Positions 22,631 through 40,056 of a DNA stretch of 64,000 bases are shown here, one piece after another. Position 1 is the first letter of the stretch. Each line of letters starts with the position of its first letter. The stretch is from Macrostomum hystrix (taxonomy: Eukaryota > Animalia > Platyhelminthes): the NCBI GenBank assembly GCA_950097015.1, contig CATNEN010000008.1, forward strand, positions 2,356,001 to 2,420,000, in the 5' to 3' direction. The notes beneath the pieces are model-generated. The model did not search any database, was not told the origin of the DNA, and saw only the letters and a program-made list of their open reading frames with translations. Position numbers and translations under genes: made by a program.

Positions 22631-23811
22631 ACACCATCATTTTGAAAAAATGTTATCTAGAAATATTTTGCAGTTTATATTGTGTACTTTACTGATAGAC
22701 TATTGCTTTTTTCAACATAGAGCTCTTCTATTGTAGACAATGCATGCCGTACTCACCGGTTGAGCACTGCCGAAACCATAGTTGCCAGCAAATTTTATAC
22801 CAACATTTTTAATTTTATTATGAAATTTGTTACATAGCGAAAGTTTTCTTTGATTCTTATTTTTGTAGCTAAAATAAAACTTCTCCCAGGATTAGCTTCT
22901 AAAAGACCAAATTGTACTTCCTAAAAGTCATTCCAGTAGAATAGGCAGATCGAGTTTTTGCTGTCAATCAATTTTTTTTCGATCCTTTATCCGCCCAATT
23001 CTAACGAATTTTATTTTGCAGAACACATTTATATTCCTTTTTTTTATCAAACATGCCTTTGTTTAAGAACTTTCCTAGATACTTTGTGCTTATAGTAAAG
23101 TTTAGAACCAAGAAATTCTTGTTCATCAACATGACTAATTACATCACTTTCTCCACCCATTGTTATACTGCTTGCTGCACAAAATTTCAGATTAGCTTCA
23201 AACTAGCGTAATGCAAAATAAAAAGTGCAAAAATAAACCAAAATATTTGACTTTCTTAGCATTACAATTATGAACCAAATTTTCATTCGTGCTTTAGTTT
23301 CATAAATCGCTTTTTCATTACTTTTTTATTTGAAAAAAAAAGATGTGCATAATTGATCCGTAACTCAATTTATATTATTGGCATACACCTAACTCACTCA
23401 AATATACCAACTTCACTCCTCTACACCCACCTCACTCCTGATACACCCACCGCACTCCTCTACACCCACCTCACTCCTCTACACCCACCTCATTCCTCTT
23501 CACCCACCTCACTCATTTACACCCACCTCACGCCTTTACACCCACCTCACTCCTCTACACCCACCTCACTCCTCTACACCCACCTCATTCCTGTAAAAAC
23601 TGGTCAGTAATATCACATAACAATTTTCGTATCAGATGAAAACCAATGTACTTAACAATTTTTAACTTATATATTTAAATTAAGGGGCTGCAAAATTCGG
23701 AAAAAAAACTGGGAAAGCAAAATAAAAAAGCGAGTCTGAAAGAGAACAAGACAATTGATGTTTTTCGTTTCACAGCAAGCCTGTATTGAAGTTAGCACAA
23801 TCGTAGTTTCT

Positions 23812-26800
23812 TCAATTTTTCTTGTAGTTGGCAGCCTCGATGCTGTCGCGTCTGTACAGTTTGCCCGGCTGGTAGATTAAATCGATAACGTACTCGCTTG
23901 GCGGGTATTTTCTGGCTCCCTAAAGGATGCGAAATTACACGAAATATGATTTTAAACTCGATTAAATTAAAAGTATATTTATTCCATGCAAAAACATTAA
24001 TAGCTGAAGTTTACATCGCATTCAGTAAGCCAGACTTCGTTCCAGGCTCTGTTGAGTTGGCCGCGAACCAGGGTGCAGTCGATGCCAACTCGATCAGCCA
24101 GAAACTGAAAGTTGTAATTATTTTGTGTTCCGAATTAGGCAAGACAGTCTACTATACGGCAAATATGAGTCACGTGACAGTACAGAAGGAGTCACGTGAC
24201 AGTATAAAATGGAGTCACGTGACAGTATAATAATAATAATAATTAATTACACCTGCCCCAATTGGGTCAGATGTGCAGCCGACAGCACAGCCGCAGCTAT
24301 TGCGCGGCGTATCTGAAGGCTGCGTACGGCTGTTCAGTCCATGGACTGGGGGGACGCCACACCCACCTTCAATTATCCCAGCTAATGCTGGTACCCATTT
24401 AACAGCTGGGTGAACTGAAGCAATGCAGAGTTTAGTGTCTTGCTAAAGGACACAAATTGTTTCTGTGGAGTCGGGAATCGAACCCGATTTCGTCCGAGAC
24501 CGTTCAAGTCGTGAGTCCGACGCCCTAACCACTAGGCTACGGTTTACTCCCGATTCGCCGAATCCCGATTCGCCGAAATTCCCAATTCGCCGAATCCCGA
24601 TTCTCCGAATCCCGATTCACCGAAATTCCCGATTCTCCGAAATTCCCGATTCGCCGAATTCCTGATTCGCCGAATCCCGATTCGCCGAAATTCCCGATTC
24701 GCCGATTCCTGATTCGCCGAATTCCCTCTTTGCCGAAAAAATTGTTAAGAACATTTTTTGCTGAGCTACCGTACCTCATTACATTTTTACTTTCGGCTCT
24801 ACAAGGATGTCTACAGCAAGTTTTGCTTTTTCCGAAGTACGTGTGATGTTTTTCTTTGCTCACTCAATCTACGTTCCAGAAAGTTAATAAAGTTTAGAAG
24901 CAAGTTTACAAGTTAATGAATGAAGAAAGTGCATTTCATTTAAGTTAGTTTTTAATTAATTTCAATACAATAGAAATAGAGTTCCAATATTTGACCAACA
25001 CTCAAAGAGGACAATGGTTATGTGGTTTAATTTAATTTATGATAAAGTAAGAAGTATTGAATCAGGATTCAGCGAATCAGGATTCGAGTCAGGAATTTCG
25101 GCGAATCGGGAATTTCGGCGAATCGGGATTCGGCGAATCGGGAGCAAACCCTAGGCTACAAGCTCTCTTAGGTATTCTACAGTGTCTACACCCACCTCAC
25201 TCCTCTACACCCACCTCACTCCTATACACCCACCTCACTCCTCTACACCCACTGTGACAGTATAAATTGGAGTCATAAGACAGCATAAGATGTAATCACG
25301 ATGAACAAACATGGCTTGGCTGACCTTGAACAGCAGAGCCCTGTGATAATGAATGCCTGCGTTGATTATGCCAATCGGAATAACATTGGACTGCAGGTTG
25401 TACTTTAGTTGACTGATTGGCAGCTCGTAGCTGAATTTCATTAGCTGGCCGTTTTCGATTTGGCCACCCATGCGATCCGACACGAATCTAAAGCGGAGAG
25501 ATCGGAAAGCTTTTTTCGAGTTTCTTTTTCAGTTGTGGTTGATTTAATCTGTTAAAATCTTTAAAAAACGTGACTGTGAGAAAATCTTTGCATAATTACT
25601 TCTAAAGTGAATATCTTAATTATGAAAATGTTGAAAAAAGAGAAAAATACTAATTGTATAATTTTGAAAAGTACGTAATAGATAAACTTGGTTGGTTTTT
25701 TGCAAATAAAACAAAGTTCATATTTTTGTGACAAAGTGTGTGTGTGTGTTTCAGCAGATCTTGCAACAGGTTTGTTTACTTACAATTCATCACTCTAACG
25801 TTTAATACGTAACGTTTACTCTTTCGACTTTTCGACTCTTTCGTTTACTCTTACTCTTTCTGTAACGTTTACTGTCACAGTGCTTTAAGGTTTTTGTTGA
25901 TTAAATTCGAGAATAGTAAAGATGTAGCTTTGTGTTTTCATTTTAGTTATAATTGCTGTATCATTTAAGAGATACATGATAGACATTATACACGAGATTG
26001 AGATGTTGAACTTGTCTGAATTAAATATCTTTTTAGACATGTTAGATAAAAAATACATGCTAGAAATGTTAGAAACTTTAGAAGTACGAGACACACACTT
26101 GTTAGATATGCCAGATATATTAGACGTGTCAGATATGTTAGACACGATAAACTTGTTAGATATGTTAGACATGTTAGAAATTTTAGACACTTTTGGTGTC
26201 TGTCAGACTGTTAGGCATGTTTCGACATATTAGAGGTGTTAGACATGTTAGAGATGATAGAAATGTTAAATGGGTATTTTATTAGACTTGTCACACAACC
26301 CCTTTGCAATATACTTGTACATGTTACAATTATTCTGGAACTCACTTGGCCAGCAGCAGAATCTGTTCCCGAGGATTGCTGCACTCTCGCACCAGTCTCT
26401 GAGCTTCATCAATGTAGGCCTTCAGATTCGGATCTTGTGGCGGGCGGAAGCCGGTTGAATCTCCGGTTTGGCTGCCGCTGCCGCCGCCGCTGCTGCTGCT
26501 GCTGCTGCTGCTCTTGCTTTTGCTGTGTTTTTTAAGTTGAGAAGCGAATGTACATGATTTTCAAATCCTTCTGAGCCAAATCCTATCCTTGGTATACTAC
26601 TGACTCGGGAACAGTAAGTAGTATATAACAAAGATCTAAAGTATTCTTATCGGTGTTTGGTTTGGGCAAAAACTCCTTTCGGTTCAATCAATATCGTTAG
26701 GTTATTAGCAGATAATTATATTTCTTAGTACTACCAAAGTAATTTTTTCTTGAACTCAACACACGGTTATATTAGAAAAATAAGTTAAAGTGTAAAGAAA

Positions 26801-29800
26801 AATAAACTAAAACAGTTTCTTTCGCTAATTTTACTCATCAGTATTTCATCATTTTTCTTTGAACTGAATAAGCTTACTCGGAACCCTTCGGACTGAAATA
26901 GAATTGAAACTAAGAATAAGTAAAAAGTCTGAAAAAACTAATTTAATAAGAAAAATCTGCACAAACAAGCACTCACGACTTGATTAGGTTTTTTCCGTTC
27001 GGAGTCCGACTTTCCTCGCGACTGGTCGAGTCGCCTTGTCGATCGGTGGCTTGGCTGTAGTGTTTTTAGGAAAAAAGTACATTTAGACTGAATTTTACGC
27101 TGGGAGACTTGTTGACTAGAACAAATGTAGATTGGCTGGAAAGGGGTGAAGATTTGTGCGTTCATTTGGGGTTTGACTGTAAACCAGCGTGGAGTGACTG
27201 GAAAGGGGCTGAGAATCGTGCGTACATTTGGGGTTCGACTGTAAACCAGCGTGGAGTGACTGGAAATGGTTAGAGATTCGTGCGTACATTTGGGGTTTGA
27301 CTTTAAACCAGCGTGGAGTGACTGGAAAGGGGTAGAGATTCGTGTGTACATTTGTGGTTTGACTGTAAACCAGCGTGGAGTGACTGGAAAGGGGTAGAGA
27401 TTCGTGCGTACATTTGGGGTTTGACTGTAAACCAGCGTGGAGTGACTGGAAAGGGGTAGAGATTCGTGCGTACATTTGGGGCTCGACTGTAAACCAGCGT
27501 GGAGTGACTGGAAAGGGGTAGAGATTCGTGCGTACATTTGGGGTTTGACTTTAAACCAGCGTGGAGTGACTGAAAAGGGGTAGAGATTCGTGCGTACATT
27601 TTGGACTTGACTTTAAACCAGCGATTACTGTCTGGAAAGGATTACCGATTCGTATGAGTAGTTATGCCAAGCTTTTATAGTGGATGAAGTGACTGGGACC
27701 TTGAAAATGTAAATTGTTCTCACGTTAGTTCAGCTGGTTGGGCAACGTTGATGAGTAGCACCGGCCGTTTAATGTTAACAGGCTGAGCGCAGTAGGTCTG
27801 CAGCGGTGCCAGCTTCTCACCTGGGCGAACCTGTCCAACATCGTAGAACAAATCCGGCACCTTGTCCTTGGTGTCTGTATCGGAATTTAATACAATCGAT
27901 TGCATACATTTAAAACCGAAACTAAATGTTCCGATTTTAGATGGTTACGTAGGTTTAATACTCTACAAATAGTAGAAACAAGTACAACTGACTCACCCAA
28001 CTTTCCAGCCAGGGCGTACTTCAAGCTGAGATTGTTACTCAGCAGGCTGGCCTCCGCAGCCTCAGTGTAGGGACTTCGCTTGGTTTCAGAGCTGTTAAAT
28101 TCTTGAAGAATTTCCAGACCGCTGGAAAGGAAATTTTGTAGTCTTCCAATTACTTTTCTAATTCACCCGACTGGGATTCACCCGACTGGGATTCACCCGA
28201 CTGGGATTCACCCGACTGGGATTCACCCGACTGGGATTCACCCGACTGGGATTCACCCGACTGGGATTCACCCGACTGGGATTCACCCGACTGGGATTCA
28301 CCCGACTGGGATTCACCCGACTGGGATTCACCCGACTGGGATTCACCCGACTGGGATTCACCTGACTGGGATTCACCCGACTGGGATTCACCCGACTGGG
28401 ATTCACCCGACTGGGATTCACCCGACTGGGATTCACCCGACTGGGATTCACCCGACTGGGATTCACCCGACTGGGAAATTTGAACTGAGAACGCCCTTAC
28501 CCGATCCTGTAAAACTCCACGGAAGTCTCGTAATCCACCAGCAGCAGAGATATCGCAATCGCTGTCGCCCGACGCACTTCGTCAGCTGACGTCGGCTTCA
28601 TCAGCGGGGCCAGGAGGGCGAGGCCACCGCTGTCGCGGAACTCAGCCCTTGGTTGGGGCTCGCGGATGTAAGCGGCGACAGCTTGGGCTGCCTTCAGCTG
28701 TGACTGGGGCGACCTGAAATTTGGTAAGAGAGCACCCTTTTGAAAAGCATGCCGTTTTTAATGACCTGTGCTGAATTCTATACCTGGAAGCCAGCGGTGT
28801 CATCAGAGCCTCCACCATCCCATTGTCAAGGACGCGTTGACGCAGCGTCTCGTCGGCCGACATGTTTATCAGCGTTGCTAGGCCGTTGCTAACTACCTGG
28901 TCGCTCTCGTGTTTCAAACAGCCGAGCAAATTTTCTAAGCCGTGATTGGCTGAGGCCACAATCCTGGAATTCGGAAAAATAAAGATTTGGTCAAACCAAT
29001 TTTAACACTAGAAAAATCACGGGGTATTAAAAAACCAACTTTTTTCTTTGTGTATCTCCTAAAATATTCAACCAATTGCCTTGAAAATCCAGAGCCACGG
29101 GCTAAAATTTCCCGCTCTATCCGAAACAACTTCCTGAATCACAAGACATCGGCATCTTCGATGCATTCTACCGTTAAAGGAGTGAAATCGATCAATGACA
29201 ATTGCAAAAACCTGGCTCACGAGCAAATCGGCAAATTCGCTGTCGTCAAATTGGCGATGGCCAACGAGCTTGCCTCCTTCAGCTGGCGATTGTCCAGTCG
29301 CAGAATCTTCACCACCTGCTCCAAGCCGCCTAAAGTGCCGTATTGGGGATAATATCGTGAGATTATAAAGTGAGCACACTTTATTGTTTGTACTCTCGAC
29401 TGGCCTGACATGGACCAACTCACCGGCATTGAGCACAGCCTCCTGGCAGAGGAAATTCTCGCCCATGACGGCGATGGCTTGAGCGGCGGCGACGCGAACG
29501 CGGTCATCGTCATAGCTGAGCAACTGCACCAGCAGCGCCTCTGTGTTGCATTCATGCAGAATTCGCTTGCCATCGTCTGTTTCAAGGGTGGACGATGCGC
29601 GGGTCAATCACAGGCCGTGACTTGGGAAGAGAATGACTTGGGAAGAGAATGACTTGGGAAGAGAATGACTTGGGAAGAGAATGACTTGGGAAGAGAATGA
29701 TTTGGGAAGAGAATGACTTGGGAAGAGAATGACTTGGGAAGAGAAAGACTTGGGAGGAGAATGACTTGGGGAGAGAATGACTTGGGAAGAGAATGACTTG

Positions 29801-32773
29801 GGGAGAGAATGACTTGGGAAGAGAATGACTTGGGAAGAGAATGACTTGGGAAGAGAATGACTTTGGAAAAGAATGACTTGGGGAGAGAATGACTTGGGGA
29901 GAGAATGACTTGGGAAGAGAATGACTTGGGAAGAGAATGACTTGGGAAGAGAATGACTTGGGAAGAGAATGACTTGGGAAGAGAATGACTTGGGAAGAGA
30001 ATCACTTGGGAAGAGAATGACTTGGGAAGAGAGTGACTTGGTAAGAGAATGACTTGGGAAGAGAATGACTTGGGAAGAGAATGACTTGGGAAGAGAATGA
30101 CTTGGGAAGAGAATGACTTGGGAAGAGAATGACTTGGGAAGAGAATGACTTGGGAAGAGAATGACTTGGGGAGAGAATGACTTGGGAAGAGAATGACCGT
30201 TCACTCACTGCTCTTGGCCGCTCGACCAATGGCCCTGGCTGCGTGCATTTTCACCTCCGGCTGCGTGAGCGGTGGAGCTGCGTCGGCGTCCTTGGTGTCT
30301 GGAGCAGGCGTGGAAGGCATTGCTGAGCAAGTGTCAGCTTAACATGGTGCCAATCAGTTTACCAAATCCTCACCGTCATCTCCTTTCTTCTTTTTTGCGC
30401 TGCCCTTTGCTTTGGCAGCCGCGGCGCCACCGCCTTTGCCTTTGCCGGCGTCTTTGCCGCCTTTGGCGTCCGGCGGCGTCTCCTCGGGCGGCGCCGGACG
30501 GTCAGCGATGAAAGCGACCAGGCGCGGCAGGCCGCCGTTCTCTTTTAGTTGCTGGGGAAAGAAAAAGTCACGTCATATCCAAATTGCACTACTGCGAGTA
30601 GTCACTATTTAGATAAAAGCCGCTCACCTGAAGACTCTCCGCATCGTCGGCGCAGTTGGAGACCACGTGAAGAGCCAGCACGTGCAGGTCGTGAAGCTCG
30701 GGCTTGCCCAGCATGTTCACGAAGACGCGTAGCGCATTCAGCTCGCGCAGTGCCGCCCGGTTTGCGGCTGTTGGCGCAAAAATTTGTGCATTTTTCTTGG
30801 TAGTCTAAAAATCATCTGTCCTGTTTTTGACACACCAACCACCCCGAATTTCACAACCACCCCCCGACTTTCACACCCAGCACCCCGACTTTCACAACCA
30901 CCACCCCGACTTTCACACCCAGCACCCCGACTTTCACACCCAGCACCCCGACTTTCACACCCAGCACCCCGACTTTCACACCCAGCACCCCGACTTTCAC
31001 ACCCAGCAACCCGACTTTCACACCCAGCACCCCGACTTTCACACCCAGCAACCCGACTTTCACACCCAGCACCCCGACTTTCACACCCAGCACCCCGACT
31101 TTCACACCCAGCACCCGACTTTCACACCCAGCACCCGACTTTCACACCCAGCACCCGACTTTCACACCCAGCACCCCGACTTTCACAACCCCGACTTTCA
31201 CACGCACCACCCCGACTTTCACGACCACCACCCCGACTGTCACGACCACCACCCCGACTTTCACGACCACCACCCCGACTTTCACAACCACCACCCCGAC
31301 TTTCACACCCAGCACCCCGACTTTCACAACCACCACCCCGACTTTCACACCCACCACCCCGACTTTCATAACCACCACCCCGACTTTCACACCCAGCACC
31401 CGACTTTCACACCCACCACCCCGACTTTCACGACCACCACCCCGACTGTCACGACCACCACCCCGACTTTCACGACCACCACCCCGACTTTCACAACCAC
31501 CACCCCAACTTTCACACCCAGCACCCCGACTTTCACAACCACCACCCCGACTTTCACACCCACCACCCCGACTTTCATAACCACCACCCCGACTTTCACA
31601 CCCAGCACCCGACTTTCACACCCACCACCCCGACTTTCACACCCAGCACCCAGCATTCACGCCCACCACTCAAATTCGCAAATGAGTAAACTTACAGTCC
31701 TGACTGGCTCGCACCAGTGACTGCAGTGCCAGTTGCTGAATGACTGCGTACTCTGACTCCAGCAGTTGCATCAGCGTCTCCAAGCCTGTTGAATCCTTAA
31801 TAGACGCCTTGGCTTCGAAGTCCTTGGTGAAAAGGAAATGTAGCATTTGTTAAAGAAAGTGAAACTACGAGTAAATTTAAACCCTCAATCATTGTTCTCA
31901 CCTGCATCAGCAGTGCGATGCACTCCACGGAATTCTTCTGTACATCCGGATCATCCTCCTGCATAGCTTCCAGCAGCAGTTCTAGGCCTTTGTTCTCAAT
32001 TATTGCCGGAATGCTCGCAAACTCCTTGGCCATATTGCTTAGGGCCAGGGCTGCGAACTCGTGGGTTGTCACAAACTCTGCAATTAATTTTTTGTATAGG
32101 CTTTCCAGGTTGCTCATTGATGCCAAAGACATCTCCTAATGCGAAACTCTGGACCTTCGTGTCGAGACCGAAATCACCGAATAACTGCAAATTAGCAAAT
32201 TTTTCAGGCCAACTCACCGTCCGGATTGAGCAGCTTCAGAAAAATGGGAATGGCATCGTCTCGAGTTGACCGCAGGTGTCGCCTAACCTCCGCGTTGAGT
32301 GTCATGGTGGCCAATGCCATCAGGGCATTGCGTTTAATAGCTTTATCCTCCACGGTTAGCAGCTTCATCAGGCCATCGACTGCACCATTTTCCAGCAGAA
32401 CTTTCCTATTGTCATCGCCTGCAATTAGATACCAGTCTCAGATATCTCTACTGCAGCTATTAGGGTTCCATTTGTATTGAATTTCTAATTAAAGCACTCA
32501 CACTTATGCGCAAACTTGTAAATCCCCTCGCATGCCCTGGCCTGCACAGTGTCCTCCGGACTGTCCAGCAGAATGATGGCGGTCATGGCGCTCTTTGTTT
32601 CCACCGCTACCGGCTCGAACTGCAGTTTGGGAAAATAGCCGTATCTATAATTATCTATTATATAAAAGGCTATTCATTAATATATTTAAGCATAGAATGC
32701 TCAATAAGAAGGATCAACTAACCACATCCTCTGCTGCAGCCTTCTTGTCGTCTCCCTTTCCTTTTTTCCCCAT
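23812..32773 (-). CDS. ARMC3: Armadillo repeat-containing protein 3, about 883 aa, 19 exons
   Basis: Exons 32773-32723, 32619-32502, 32418-32218, 32077-31902, 31822-31696, 30767-30628, 30551-30374, 30322-30209, 29576-29424, 29329-29221, 28963-28784, 28713-28501, 28121-27997, 27874-27724, 27054-26977, 26522-26346, 25487-25325, 24104-24015 and 23919-23812 total 2652 nt with consistent phases. ARMC3-typical segments: MGKK..DVFEP, HEFAALALSNM, DPDVQKNSVECI, NNLSLKY, FYDVGQVRPG, MGG..YHRALLFK.LADRVGIDCTLVRG..RAWNEV, EYVIDL. Confidence 0.93.
24228..24540 (-). mobile_element. tRNA-derived SINE with Nin/Deu-like core, 5' end interrupted by a foldback MITE
   Basis: Minus strand has A box TAGCCTAGTGG, B box GGTTCGATTCC, core GTGTCCTTTAGCAAGACAC...CACCCAGCTGTTAAATGGGTACC and an (ATT)n tail. 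Near-identical to 42823-43135. Confidence 0.9.
24541..25150. mobile_element. MULE/Foldback-type MITE (610 bp) with internally repetitive TIRs
   Basis: Ends GGTTTACTCCCGATTCGCCG / CGGCGAATCGGGAGCAAACC. TIRs are built of CCCGATTCGCCGAAT repeats. Perfect 9-bp TSD CTAGGCTAC (24532-24540, 25151-25159). Confidence 0.9.
27160..27622. repeat. 62-bp minisatellite in ARMC3 intron
   Basis: CTGTAAACCAGCGTGGAGTGACTGGAAAGGGGTAGAGATTCGTGCGTACATTTGGGGTTTGA, about 7.5 copies. Confidence 0.95.
28160..28476. repeat. Near-perfect 15-bp minisatellite in ARMC3 intron
   Basis: ATTCACCCGACTGGG, about 21 copies, one substitution seen. Confidence 0.97.
29618..30197. repeat. 16-bp minisatellite in ARMC3 intron
   Basis: GAGAATGACTTGGGAA units, beginning about 10 nt from the splice donor. 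Confidence 0.97.
30850..31650. repeat. 21-bp minisatellite in ARMC3 intron
   Basis: CACCCAGCACCCCGACTTTCA units. Confidence 0.95.
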
Positions 32774-33924
32774 TATTCTGGCTGTAAGAAAATTAGCAAG
32801 TGTAAGGATGTATTGCTGTTTTAACCGGAAATTATGTTAAAAACCCTGATTTAAAAACTTTCAAATTCGGCTTTTGGTTCAATAACATGGATGGACTGAT
32901 TTCAAGGTTTATGTTGGAAAAATCAAGTTGTGGCTTTTATTAACATAAATTAGAATGACTTCCAGAGTTACTAAGCGAGACTTAGAATTCTATTTTTAGT
33001 ATAGCAATTAGTGAGCTGAAGGGGTTAAAAAGGCTCATTAGTAATACAGAATGCAGGACCGGTTTTTTATAATCCTATAAACAAGCATCCGCTAACTCAA
33101 AATTACAATACTAAATTTCATCTTTGTTAGCAAGACGACTTATTTAACAAACAAAAATATATGTACCAGGGACAACTGAAACACTAAAAAGTTTTTTTGT
33201 CCCTGAAACGTACATAAATAAAAGATAATTACATATATATTGTATTTAAGTTAGTTATATTATTAATTTAGATAATGTCAAGGAATCCACCGAAAAATAT
33301 AAATATGTAATTATAGATACTAAAATTAAGGATAAAATAAGAGAACTCCTGTAAATTAATACTAAGTTTTTTATTCTTGGTTTGTCTTTATTCTGTTATG
33401 ACGGCTGTTATTTCACTTAATTGACTCACGTATTATTAAATGTGTGAAAATTCATCTTATAGGATTTTACCACTATATCGTTTGGAGCACTCAGTTTTAG
33501 GTAGTATAGCTGCAAAAAATCAACCAATCAAACACAAATAATTCGAAGCTATTATATATATTCGCGTGTAAAAAAACCGTGCCTGAATATTGCTTGCGTT
33601 TCGTGAAAAATGTTAACTCATGAAATTACGTTAGAAAAACTACCGAAGCGCTAGTACCATGGTTTTTTTGTTTATAAGAAAAAATACACTTGATTCTGTA
33701 AGTAGATATTGAAAAGAGAGAAACTTTTACAAAAATCCTAGTAAAAGTAAAAAAGTGGACACATAAATCTTTTTTTAGTTCCCATCTAAATGTAAATAAC
33801 ACATTATCAATTTTTTAATTGCTCTTCTCTGCTGTTTTTTCCCGATAATCTGCAGATACAATACGGTCTAACATAGGTAATATAATTTTTTTATTTAAGA
33901 CGAATACAAAAAGCTTTTTACATC

Positions 33925-37734
<3,810 letters not shown>

Positions 37735-38804
37735 GGCCTACCTAGCTCTGCCCTAATTGCTATTGAAATTCACTATGGATTAAGCCGACTAATTTTAAGT
37801 AATATCCGTCTACTTTAAGTAGCTACTAGAGGTAGTTTTATCCCGAATTTAATAAAAGTGCAGTCAATCAATTTGTGTCTTCTCTGACTAATATTTTGGC
37901 TAGACACTCGTTAAATTAGTAGCTCTACTACTACTAGGGAATGTATTTAGCTCACACACAAGCACACAAGGCAAACACACCATCACTCCTAGCATGCTAC
38001 TGTTGTGATTAGCAATACCAGCAAGCTGTTGTGTATTGATTGTGTTTTTACCCAGTGAGAGAAGATCCGAATTTATAAAGGCTTTTCTGTGCGACCTATA
38101 TTCAGTTCTACACTTATATTTTGAAATAGGTCATCTACTTAACTGCCTACTATAAGTAGCTATCAGAAAAAATTGCTGTTTGCTAGTTGTTCCAACTGTC
38201 TTCAGTTTTCTAGTTAGAAGCAGAAGCCCACTAGATTTAAACAATGCTTTCAATTTTTGCCTGTTAAGATTATTATTTCTTACCTTTGATCCTAAACAAA
38301 TCAATAATAGAGAATATATATACAATTACATATAGAGCATAGCATCCCCTGACCATGCTACTTCTTTGTCACCAGCAGCTCAAAATCCTGATAACTAATA
38401 ATCATTCTGTCGATTGCTTTTTCCGTATAAGTACCAGTGATAATAATAGTAATTGCAGCGGGGCTGTGGGCAATGGCACATCAGTTGCTCACACAAGACG
38501 CGCAGCGCAGATACTGTACGCAGTATCTATGTACACGCTCACACAAGTGTTCACATCTGCCCTGACTTTCTCTTTGTCTGGCAGTGTACACTTTCACTGT
38601 GCCTTGGAGGTTGGCCCTCAAGGGCGAAAATAGGCACGACAAGGCCCCAAGTCTTCTCTCCGCGGCTGCGACCAAAAAATGTGGCCTCGCCGCGGAATCG
38701 AGCTCAGGGACCTTGGTGCGAGAGGCAAACGCGTTGACCGCTCTGCCTCTCAACCCCCATCAGTATAAGTACTTGGCCTATGTTTAATAGACCGAAGGAC
38801 CGGG

Positions 38805-40056
38805 ACTCAGGGACTCAGCAGACACTGAAGAACCGGTGGTTAACAGACTCAGCAGACACTGAAGAACCGGTGGTTAATAGACTCAGCAGACACTGAAGAA
38901 CCGGTGGTTAACAGACTCAGCAGACACTGAAGAACCGGTGGTTAATAGACTCAGCAGTCGCTGAAGAACCGGTGGTTAAAAGACTCAGCAGACACTGAAG
39001 AACCGGTGATTAATAGACTCAGCAGACACTGAAGAACCGGTGGTTAACAGACTCAGCAGACACTGAAGAACCGGTGGTTAAAAGACTCAGCAGTCGCTGA
39101 AGAACCGGTGGTTAAAAGACTCAGCAGACACTGAAGAACCGGTGATTAATAGACTCAGCAGACACTGAAGAACCGGTGGTTTAAGGACTCAGCAGACACT
39201 GAAGAACCGGTGGTTTAAGGACTCAGCAGTCGCTGAAGAACCGGTGGTTAAAGGACTCAGCAGACACTGAAGAACCGGTGATTAATAGACTCAGCAGTCA
39301 CTGAAGGACCGGTGGTTAACAGACTCAGCAGTCGCTGAAGAACCGGTGGTTAACAGACTCAGCAGTCGCTGAAGAACCGGTGGTTAAAAGACTCAGCAGT
39401 CGCTGAAGAACCGGTGATTAAAGGATTCAGCAGACACTGAAAGACTCCATGGCTAAGGGACTCATGATGCACTAAAGGATCGGTATTTAAGAGACAGCAG
39501 TCACTGAAGGACCGGTGGTTAAAGGATTCAGCAGACACTGAAAGACTCCATGGCTAAAGGACTCATGATGCACTAAAGGATCGGTATTTAAGAGACAGCA
39601 GTCACTGAAGGACCGGTGGTTAAAGGATTCAGCAGACACTGAAAGACTCCATGGCTAAAGGACTCATGATGCACTAAAGGATCGGTATTTAAGAGACAGC
39701 AGTCACTGAAGGACCGGTGATTAAAGGATTCAGCAGACACTGAAAGACTCCATGGCTAAAGGACTCATGATGCACTAAAGGATCGGTATTTAAGAGACAG
39801 CAGACACTGAAGAACCGGTGGTTAAAGGACTCAGCAGTCACTGAAGGACCGGTGATTAAAGGATTCAGCAGACACTGAAAGACTCCATGGCTAAGGGACT
39901 CATGATGCACTAAAGGATAGGTATTTAAGAGACAGCAGTCACTGAAGGACCGGTGATTAAAGGATTCAGCAGACACTGAAAGACTCCATGGCTAAAGGAC
40001 TCATGATGCACTAAAGGATCGGTATTTAAGAGACAGCAGTCACTGAAGGACCGGTG
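38805..40056. repeat. Composite satellite: 34-bp unit grading into a longer composite unit
   Basis: GACTCAGCAGACACTGAAGAACCGGTGGTTAA(C/T)A units, then longer units that add AAGACTCCATGGCTAAAGGACTCATGATGCACTAAAGGATCGGTATTTAAGA. Confidence 0.92.

Noticed and set aside
24470-24540. tRNA gene
   Set aside because: The A/B boxes continue into a SINE body repeated at 42823; it is a SINE head, not a tRNA gene.
25976-26233. D/M/L-rich ORF
   Set aside because: Degenerate 9-bp-type repeat (GACATGTTA) within an ARMC3 intron.
30784-31720. His/Pro/Thr-rich ORFs (PDFHTQH repeats)
   Set aside because: 21-bp minisatellite inside a phase-consistent ARMC3 intron on the opposite strand.
38805-40056. Regularly spaced repeats superficially like a CRISPR array
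   Set aside because: Units are contiguous without unique spacers, no cas genes are present, and the context is eukaryotic.
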